From Christensenellaceae bacterium (GTDB lineage Bacteria > Bacillota > Clostridia > Christensenellales > UBA1750): DNA of 64,000 nucleotides. The first letter of the stretch is position 1. Every line of letters begins with the position of its first letter. The translations under genes and the position numbers were made by a program. Shown here one piece after another: positions 57,699 to 64,000 of the stretch. Below the pieces are notes generated by a model. The model saw only the letters and a list, made by a program, of their open reading frames with translations, searched no databases and had not been told where the DNA came from. The stretch lies in NCBI GenBank assembly GCA_031280685.1, contig JAITGM010000022.1:1656-65655 (forward strand). The letters run 5' to 3'.

Positions 57699-58622
57699 GT
57701 GGAATATGACGCCGCGGAATACGAGAAGGCCAGGGCACACTTTGAAGAAGCGCTGGCGGAGCAAAAAAGGCTGACCAACGGGCACGACAACCTGGAGACC
57801 GCGGCGATTTATAACGCCCTGGGCATGGCGGCGGGCGCTTTGGCGGACTATGACGGGGCGATTGAAGGCTTTCGGAACGCGCTGGTGATTTACGACGAAA
57901 ACGGGCCGGAAGAGAGCAACGCAGACCTGGCGATGATGAACAATAACCTGGCGATCGTCCTCTTTCGGCAAGGGAAGTACGACGCGGCGCTTAGGGGTTA
58001 CGAGAAGGCCTTGGCGGTGAAGGAAAAGGTCTTGGGGAAGGAGCACCCCGACACGGCGGGCAGCTACTTGGGCATTGCCAATGTTTATTATGCCCAAAAG
58101 GAGTACGGCCAGGCGCTGGAGTGGCACAAGAAGGCCCTGGCGGCGAAGGAAAAGGCCTTGGGGAAGGAGCACCCCGACACGGCGAGCAGCTACAACAACA
58201 TTGCGGTTGTTTATGCTGAGCAAAGGGAGTACGACCAGGCGCTGGAGTGGCACAAGAAGGCCCTGGCGGTGAAGGAAAAGGTCTTGGGTACGGAGCACCC
58301 CTCCACGGCGGCGAGTTACAACAACATCGCCAATGTTTATTATGCCCAAAAGGAGTACGGCCAGGCGCTGGAGTGGCACAAGAAGGCTTTGGCGGTGCGC
58401 GAAAAGGTCTTGGGTACGGAGCACCCCGACACGGCGGCGAGCTACAACAACATCGGGGAAGTTTATTGCGCACAAGGCAGGCATGACGAAGCCAAGTGCT
58501 ATTATGACAAGGCCTTGGCCATCTTCTCCAGAGCCTTTGACGAAAGCCATCCCTATGTGCAAGAAGTGCGCCGCAACCTCGCCCTGCTCGAAGCGGCGCG
58601 GGGCAGTTCCGCGCCCGGCTAG
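57699..58622 (+). CDS. Tetratricopeptide-repeat protein (42-aa kinesin-light-chain-like repeats), probably 5'-truncated
   Basis: Tandem KAL..EKVLG.EHP.TA.SYNNIA.VY repeats; no clear RBS before GTG 57699. Confidence 0.8.
   Translation: MEYDAAEYEKARAHFEEALAEQKRLTNGHDNLETAAIYNALGMAAGALADYDGAIEGFRNALVIYDENGPEESNADLAMMNNNLAIVLFRQGKYDAALRGYEKALAVKEKVLGKEHPDTAGSYLGIANVYYAQKEYGQALEWHKKALAAKEKALGKEHPDTASSYNNIAVVYAEQREYDQALEWHKKALAVKEKVLGTEHPSTAASYNNIANVYYAQKEYGQALEWHKKALAVREKVLGTEHPDTAASYNNIGEVYCAQGRHDEAKCYYDKALAIFSRAFDESHPYVQEVRRNLALLEAARGSSAPG
58005..58508 (+). repeat. Four tandem 126-bp coding repeats
   Basis: AAGGC register recurs at 58005, 58131, 58257, 58383 and 58509. Confidence 0.9.
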
Positions 58623-58654
58623 GGGCTATGGCCTGCTCTTGCGGGCCCCGTTCC

Positions 58655-58776
58655 CCGTCATTGCGATTGCCGCGTCGCTTCGCTCCTCGCAACGACGGCG
58701 AAGTGACCCAGGGTTCCTCCTTCTTGCAGGGGTCTTCTCTGGATTGCCGCGTCGCTAACGCTCCTCGCAATGACGG
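58655..58776 (+). repeat. Two REP-like repeats (GATTGCCGCGTCGCT..CGCTCCTCGCAA.GACGG)
   Basis: Copies at 58665-58698 and 58742-58776; related degenerate copies at 60371-60402, 60434-60468 (minus), 18812-18847 and 33219-33253 (minus). Confidence 0.8.
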
Positions 58777-58852
58777 CAAGGCCCATGCGTCAGTCATGGG
58801 CAGGTGACAAGCCCCTTCCCCCTGCCTTTTCGCGGATTTAAAGCACAGGCTC

Positions 58853-58882
58853 TTGACTTGAGGGCGCCCCACGCCCTATGAT
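58853..58882 (+). promoter_or_regulatory. purF promoter
   Basis: TTGACT, 18 bp, TATGAT. Confidence 0.55.
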
Positions 58883-58909
58883 GGAGGAAAAAAAGGGGGG
58901 CGAATCGCT

Positions 58910-60370
58910 TTGCACGAGGAATGCGGCGTCTTTGGCGCCTATGGGCTTGCCTCCGCCGCCGAGCGGACGGCCATCGCGCTTTATGCCCTGCAGCATCGCG
59001 GGCAGGAGGGCTGTGGCATCGCCACCTACGATGAAAAAAGCGCCGCCATTCACATGGTCAAAAACCTGGGCCAGGTCAAGGACGTGTTTGGCCCGAAGGA
59101 TTTTCTTGCGCTGCCGGGCGATAAGGCGGTCGGGCACGTGCGCTATTCCACTACGGGTGGCAATCTGCCGCGCAATACCCAGCCCATGCTGGCGGGCACC
59201 CGCGAGGGCACGCTGGCGCTGGTGCACAACGGCAACCTCTCGAACGCCGCGGCGCTGCGCGAGGCGCTCGAAGCCAAAGGGCTGATCTTCCAGACGGATT
59301 CCGACACCGAAGTGATCGCTTACCTGCTGGCGGGCGAGCTCATCCGCACGAAGGACATTGTGGCCGCCCTGCAGGCCGCAATGGGGCAAATGGAAGGCAG
59401 CTACTCGCTGGTGATGCTCCTGGGCGGCACCATGCTCGCCGTGCGCGACCCCTTCGGCATGCGCCCGCTGTGCATGGGGGAGGTTGACGGCAACCCGGTC
59501 TTCGCCTCAGAAAGCTGCGCGATTTCCGCCGTGCGCGGCCGCTTCGTGCGCGATTTGCGGCCCGGTGAAATCGTCCGCGTTCAGGATGGCAAGCTCGACG
59601 CCTTCCTTGGCGGCAAGCGCAGCTCCGGCGCGCTCTGCATTTTTGAGCATATTTACTTCGCCCGGCCGGATTCCGTCATCGACGGCCAAAGCGTTTACGA
59701 AGCTCGTCTGCGCGCGGGGCGAATTGCCGCCGAAAGCCACCCAGTCGAGGCCGATTTGGTCGTTGGCGTGCCCAATTCGGGGCTGATCGCGGCCATCGGC
59801 TATGCCGAAGGCTCGGGCATTCCCTACGGCGAGGCTTTTGTGATGAACCGCTACGTCGGCCGCACCTTCATCGAGCCCACACAAGAGATGCGGGCCTTAA
59901 AGGTGGGGCTAAAATTAAGCGTTCTTCGCCAGGCGGTTGCGGGCAAGCGCTTGGTGATGGTGGAAGATTCTCTGGTGCGCGCCACCACCACGGATCAAGT
60001 CGTGGCGTTGCTCAAGCGCGCCGGCGCCACCGAGGTGCACGTGCGCATCTGCGCGCCGCCATTCCTCTACCCCTGCTATTTCGGCACTGACGTGCCCTCG
60101 CGCGAGCTGCTCGCCTCGGTGCGCTGGAGCAACGAAGAGCTCACCCGCCACATTGGGGCGGACTCATTGCGCTTCCTGCCGCTCGAACGGCTGGGCGAGA
60201 TTGCGCCAAACTCCGCCCTTGGCTTTTGCGAAGGCTGCTTTTCGGGCCAGTACCCCTACGGCCCTCCGGGCCTTCGCGGGCAGGGTGCTGCGGTACCCCC
60301 GCATGCCCCCCGTAAGGAAGCGGCCAACCTAGCGCACGGAACGCATCCCCCCTTTTCGTCCGCTCTCTGA
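58910..60370 (+). CDS. purF: Amidophosphoribosyltransferase
   Basis: EECGVFG, LQHRGQE, GHVRYST, HNGNL, CIFEHIYFARPDS, YVGRTFI, MVEDSLVR, PCYFG, FCEGCFSGQYP. Confidence 0.95.
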   Translation: MHEECGVFGAYGLASAAERTAIALYALQHRGQEGCGIATYDEKSAAIHMVKNLGQVKDVFGPKDFLALPGDKAVGHVRYSTTGGNLPRNTQPMLAGTREGTLALVHNGNLSNAAALREALEAKGLIFQTDSDTEVIAYLLAGELIRTKDIVAALQAAMGQMEGSYSLVMLLGGTMLAVRDPFGMRPLCMGEVDGNPVFASESCAISAVRGRFVRDLRPGEIVRVQDGKLDAFLGGKRSSGALCIFEHIYFARPDSVIDGQSVYEARLRAGRIAAESHPVEADLVVGVPNSGLIAAIGYAEGSGIPYGEAFVMNRYVGRTFIEPTQEMRALKVGLKLSVLRQAVAGKRLVMVEDSLVRATTTDQVVALLKRAGATEVHVRICAPPFLYPCYFGTDVPSRELLASVRWSNEELTRHIGADSLRFLPLERLGEIAPNSALGFCEGCFSGQYPYGPPGLRGQGAAVPPHAPRKEAANLAHGTHPPFSSAL

Positions 60371-60617
60371 ATTGGCGCGTCACATCGCTCCTTGCAGGGA
60401 CGAACGGCGAAGCGATCTGCACGGCCTCCCTTTCGCTATTGCGGGGAGGGCGGCAGTGACGCAATCCGCTCTGTTGAAAAAGGGAGCGGCCGGGTTATTT
60501 CTTTGCCCCGCACAATGATGAAGGGTGCCCGCAAGGCAGAACGGCAGCGCTTGCCGGCGGCGGCGCGCCCTTCGCCGGCCCTTTTGCGCCCCGCGAAGAC
60601 GGGCCCTCGCCGCGCGA

Positions 60618-60647
60618 TTGACAGCTCCGCGTTTTTGCCCGTATAAT
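60618..60647 (+). promoter_or_regulatory. Consensus sigma-A promoter of proA
   Basis: TTGACA (60618-60623), 18 bp, TATAAT (60642-60647). Confidence 0.8.
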
Positions 60648-60687
60648 GAACGGTATTCCTTTGCGTTAAACGGGGAGGCGGCAATGA

Positions 60688-61938
60688 ATGATGAAAGAAT
60701 TGACCCAAATCGGAAAAGAAGCGCGAGAAGCGGCGATTAAGCTGGCGATTTCCGGCATTGAGCGGCGAAATGCGGCGCTGCGCCTGATGGCAGGCGCCCT
60801 GCGGGCAGGCGAAAAGGCCATTCTTTCGGCCAACGCGGAGGATATCCGCAACGCGAAAGAGGCGGGCAAGAACGCGGCTTTTATCGAGCGGCTGACCCTG
60901 AACCCCGCGCGCGTGGAGGCGATGGCCGTGGGGCTTGAAAAGGTCGCGGCGCTCGAAGATCCGCTCGGCAGGGTTTTGGGCGGCTGGAAGCGCCCCAATG
61001 GCCTGGAGATCCGCAAGCTGAGCGTGCCGCTGGGCGTGATCGGCATCATCTATGAGTCGCGGCCCAATGTGACCGCGGACGCTGCCGCCCTGTGCCTCAA
61101 ATCGGGCAATGCCTGCATTCTGCGCGGTGGGTCGGACTCGATTCGCTCGAATTTGGCCATCGCGGAGCTTCTTCGCGGCGCGATCGAGCAGGCAGGCCTG
61201 CCGGCAGGCAGCGTTTCGATTCTGCGCGACCCCTCCCGCGAGGCCGCGGTCGCCCTGATGCGCATGCATGAACACCTCGATCTGCTCATCCCAAGGGGCG
61301 GCGCGTCGCTGATTCAAAATGTGATCAAAAACGCCAGGGTGCCCGTGATCGAAACCGGCACCGGCAACTGCCATATCTATGTGGATCAGGGCTGTGCGGA
61401 TTTGAAGATGGCCGAAGAGGTCGTCGTCAACGCCAAGGTTTCCAGGCCGTCGGTCTGCAACGCGGCGGAAACGCTGCTGGTGCACTCGGCGGTCGCCAAG
61501 GCGTTTTTGCCGGGCTGCGTCAAGCGCCTTCAGGCCCAGGGGGTAGAAATTCGCGGCTGCGCCAAAACCCAGCGGCTTTGCCCGGGGATAAAACGCGCCA
61601 CGCAAGCCGATTATTACGCGGAATTTCTCGATTTGATCCTGGCCGTGCGCATCGTGCCGGATCTGGACTCCGCGATTGCCCACGTCAACAAATACGGCAC
61701 GAAGCATTCCGAGGCGATTCTCACGCAGGATCTGGACTCCGCAGCGAAGTTCCAGGCGGCGGTGGATGCGGCCGTCGTCTACGTCAATGCCTCGACGCGC
61801 TTTACCGACGGGGGCGAGTTCGGCTTCGGCGCCGAAATCGGCATCAGCAACCAAAAGCTGCACGCGCGCGGCCCGATGGGCCTGGAGCAGCTAACCACGA
61901 TCAAGTACCTGGTGCAGGGCGGCGGGCAGGTTCGTTAA
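60688..61938 (+). CDS. proA: Gamma-glutamyl phosphate reductase
   Basis: VPLGVIGIIYESRPNV, IPRGG, SVCNAAE, NASTRFTDG..G.GAEIGIS..KLHARGPMG. Confidence 0.96.
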   Translation: MMKELTQIGKEAREAAIKLAISGIERRNAALRLMAGALRAGEKAILSANAEDIRNAKEAGKNAAFIERLTLNPARVEAMAVGLEKVAALEDPLGRVLGGWKRPNGLEIRKLSVPLGVIGIIYESRPNVTADAAALCLKSGNACILRGGSDSIRSNLAIAELLRGAIEQAGLPAGSVSILRDPSREAAVALMRMHEHLDLLIPRGGASLIQNVIKNARVPVIETGTGNCHIYVDQGCADLKMAEEVVVNAKVSRPSVCNAAETLLVHSAVAKAFLPGCVKRLQAQGVEIRGCAKTQRLCPGIKRATQADYYAEFLDLILAVRIVPDLDSAIAHVNKYGTKHSEAILTQDLDSAAKFQAAVDAAVVYVNASTRFTDGGEFGFGAEIGISNQKLHARGPMGLEQLTTIKYLVQGGGQVR

Positions 61939-61993
61939 AAGCCGCCCCCGGGCGGCTTGCAACGGCTTTGCCCGCGGAATCGTTAGAAAGGAC

Positions 61994-62500
61994 GTGAGGG
62001 CCCTGCAGGATATGGATCGCTTGGTGCGCGAATACGGCACGATGGTGCTCAAGCAGGCCTTCTTCTATTTGAAAGACAAGCAAAAGGCGGAGGATGTATG
62101 CCAGGAGGTCTTCCTGCGCATCTATAAAAAGCAGCCCAAGCTGCCCGATGAGCGCAGCGAGCGGGCCTACCTTTTGCGCGTGACCATCAACCTTTGCAAG
62201 GATGTGCTAAAGAGCGCATGGAGCCGCCGGGTTTTGCCCATGGCCGAGGGATTTGACGCCCCAAGCTCCGATCCCGGGCCGGAGACTGAGCTGATCGCAA
62301 GCGAGGAGCGCGTGCGGATCTATGACGCCGTGCTGGAGCTCCCGCCCATCTATAAGGATGTAATCCTGCTGTTTTATTATCACGACTTGCCGGCCGGCGA
62401 GGTCGCGCGCGTGCTGCGCATCCCCGAAGTTACGGTGCGCACGCGCCTGATGCGCGCCCGGAACCGGCTCGCCGCCGCGTTGGAAGGAAAAAAGGCATGA
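61994..62500 (+). CDS. ECF family RNA polymerase sigma factor
   Basis: AEDVCQEVFL, YLLRVTINLCKD, LPPIYKDVILLFYY..EVARVL..TVRTRLMRAR. Confidence 0.92.
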   Translation: MRALQDMDRLVREYGTMVLKQAFFYLKDKQKAEDVCQEVFLRIYKKQPKLPDERSERAYLLRVTINLCKDVLKSAWSRRVLPMAEGFDAPSSDPGPETELIASEERVRIYDAVLELPPIYKDVILLFYYHDLPAGEVARVLRIPEVTVRTRLMRARNRLAAALEGKKA

Positions 62501-63069
62501 TGAAGGAAAAGGAAGCAAATTCGATGCTGGAAGCCGAGCTAAAGCGCCTTAAGGAGGCCGCGGCCGAGCCGACTGGCGGGCTTTGCGCCGATGAGCGCAT
62601 GGTCGCGCGGGTTCGCGCTGCGATTGCTGCGAGCCCGCGGCAAAGGCAGCGGCCCCGCCTGCTCTACGCGGTGGCGGCGCTCTGCTTTTGCGGCATGGTC
62701 GCCTCTGGCCTGGTCTTGCTGGGTTCCCCCTGGCCGCCGCTTGCGCCGCAGGCAAGCGCCGCGCCCAGGCTGGCCGCTGTCAGCACCGCGCCGCAGGCGA
62801 TCTCCTCCACGGGCTCGTCCTACACCAGCAGCGGCGAGGTTTTGCCCTACGCCGTGGCCGAAATCGGCGAATACGCGGAGGGCTATGCTGCCGCCCTGGC
62901 CAGCAACGGCTATTATGGCTATGTGGATGAAAACGGCCTCTGGGTTCGCCCGGCCATCTTCCGCGAGGCAGAGGCCGTTCAAAACGGCCAGGCCCGCGTG
63001 CGGATGATGAGTGGCGAAAGCGCCGTGATCTTGATCGAGGACGACGGTGCGGAGGGTGCGAAGCCATGA
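62497..63069 (+). CDS. Putative anti-sigma factor: single TM segment plus a WG-repeat-like C-terminus
   Basis: ATGA overlap with the sigma gene; TM segment LLYAVAALCFCGMVASGLVLL; YAEGYAAA..GYYGYVDENG..FREA..NGQARV. Confidence 0.65.
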   Translation: MMKEKEANSMLEAELKRLKEAAAEPTGGLCADERMVARVRAAIAASPRQRQRPRLLYAVAALCFCGMVASGLVLLGSPWPPLAPQASAAPRLAAVSTAPQAISSTGSSYTSSGEVLPYAVAEIGEYAEGYAAALASNGYYGYVDENGLWVRPAIFREAEAVQNGQARVRMMSGESAVILIEDDGAEGAKP

Positions 63070-63473
63070 ACCCCCTCGATTTGATGAACGCCGTGCGCTT
63101 TTTTACCGCCGCCCTGGCCGATCTGCGCGCGGCGAGCGTGATGGCCGAGGGCGCGGCCCCGCATGCGGCGCTGGTCTGCTTCCACTGCAGGCTGGCCGCG
63201 CTGCAAATGCTCAAGGGGCTGCTCGCCTTCCATGGCTCTTCCGCCCCGCAAACGCAGAGCGTGCAGGCCCTGCTCGAGCTCCCGGCCCTGCATGCCGCCC
63301 TTGGCCAAGCCGCGCCCGAAGGCCTTTTGGAGCTTGACCAGTATGGCGACGAGCTTTACCTAAGCGGCGCGCTGCGCGTCGCCCCCGGCGAGATGCGGCG
63401 CAGCGTCGAAGCCGTAACCGCCCTGAAGGAACGCCTTGCGGGAATGGGCTACCCCTTGCCCACGGAAGGCTGA
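63066..63473 (+). CDS. Degenerate HEPN-domain protein (COG2250-like)
   Basis: A..DLRAA..VCFHC..AA..MLKGLL..G...P.T pattern; the usual QQAAEK, KTHDL and RY motifs read RLAALQ, QTQSV and LY. Confidence 0.7.
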   Translation: MNPLDLMNAVRFFTAALADLRAASVMAEGAAPHAALVCFHCRLAALQMLKGLLAFHGSSAPQTQSVQALLELPALHAALGQAAPEGLLELDQYGDELYLSGALRVAPGEMRRSVEAVTALKERLAGMGYPLPTEG

Positions 63474-63501
63474 CCCGCCGCCTTCCTTGCCAAACAGGCC
63501 T

Positions 63502-63540
63502 AAAAGGCGCCCGCTCCACCCCTGGAGCGGGCGCCTTTTT
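63502..63540. terminator. Bidirectional intrinsic terminator
   Basis: AAAAGGCGCCCGCTCCA-CCCC-TGGAGCGGGCGCCTTTTT. Confidence 0.85.
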
Positions 63541-63638
63541 ATCTTTTGACCAAACTTAAAGGGAATAGCGGCACGAATTCGCGCCGTTCCATGGGGTTTT
63601 GCGGGAATGGGCCGCCCGCCGAAGGCGCCCCGCCGCGT

Positions 63639-64000
63639 TCAACCCTCGCCGGGCAAAGGCCGCAGCCTTTTGGCCATGTAAATATCGGGCTTGCCAGGGC
63701 CGTTCGCGTCGGGGATGGTTCCGACGATGGCAAAGCCCCGCTTCTGGTAGAACTCGAAGGGGTGGCGGCGCAAATTCACGATGTTTTGCAGCTTTTCGAG
63801 GGGGTTTTCGAATAAATCGCCCTGCGAGAGCGAGGTTTTTCCCTCCTCGTCGTCGGTGCCCAGGTAGAGCGTGACGCAACCCCGCTCCGCGCACGCCTTT
63901 TCGAGGGCCTTCACCAGCGCGGAGCCGACTCCCCGGCCGCGGAAGCCCTCGCGCACGGCGAGGGGGTGCAGTTCCCAGCCGGTGACGCCGTATTGCGGAA
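63639..64000 (-). CDS. AAC(6')-I-like GNAT acetyltransferase (5' end outside the window)
   Basis: PQYGVTGWELHPLAV, LYLGTDD, HPFEFYQK.GF.IVG.IPDANG.GKPDIYMAK. Confidence 0.85.
   Translation of the reverse strand, partial: PQYGVTGWELHPLAVREGFRGRGVGSALVKALEKACAERGCVTLYLGTDDEEGKTSLSQGDLFENPLEKLQNIVNLRRHPFEFYQKRGFAIVGTIPDANGPGKPDIYMAKRLRPLPGEG

Noticed and set aside
58005-58508. Regular repeats as a CRISPR array or DGR template
   Set aside because: The units are contiguous, in-frame 126-bp coding repeats without unique spacers; no cas or reverse transcriptase genes are present
57360-58562. 400-aa repetitive ORF on the minus strand
   Set aside because: Mirror of the TPR repeats on the + strand
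58700-58909. Purine, PRPP or ZTP riboswitch upstream of purF
   Set aside because: Conserved cores are absent and the predicted promoter leaves a leader of only about 20 nt
60436-61863. 475-aa ORF on the minus strand
   Set aside because: Antisense shadow of proA

Overview
GC-rich bacterial chromosomal window. Gene content and sigma-A-type promoters suggest an anaerobic Clostridia-like firmicute (inference). About 50 CDS, mostly nitrogen and peptide metabolism. They include two oligopeptide ABC operons (opp1 at 2.7-8.4 kb with PLP enzymes; opp2 at 24.6-33.1 kb with peptidases), pgm-tkt, hslO, an iscR-iscS-iscU operon and an Lpl-type sugar ABC importer. A large nitrogen cluster follows: dapL, pyrG, an ANTAR regulator, a type I GS-like gene, a split archaeal-type glutamate synthase with purA embedded, and a divergent type III GS. 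The right end carries a DUF1537 kinase pair, a TPR repeat gene, purF, proA, an ECF sigma/anti-sigma/HEPN trio and a partial AAC(6')-I-like GNAT. There are two frameshifted pseudogenes and several dispersed palindromic repeat families. I saw no rRNA, tRNA, CRISPR array or transposase. The best candidate for an undescribed system is a kinase-less nitrogen-sensing antitermination circuit: a type I GS with altered catalytic motifs is paired with a pseudo-receiver ANTAR protein, and three leaders (opp1, opp2, type III glnA) each carry a single hexaloop hairpin overlapping an intrinsic terminator in identical register. All family calls come from recognising motifs by eye; no database searches were run.
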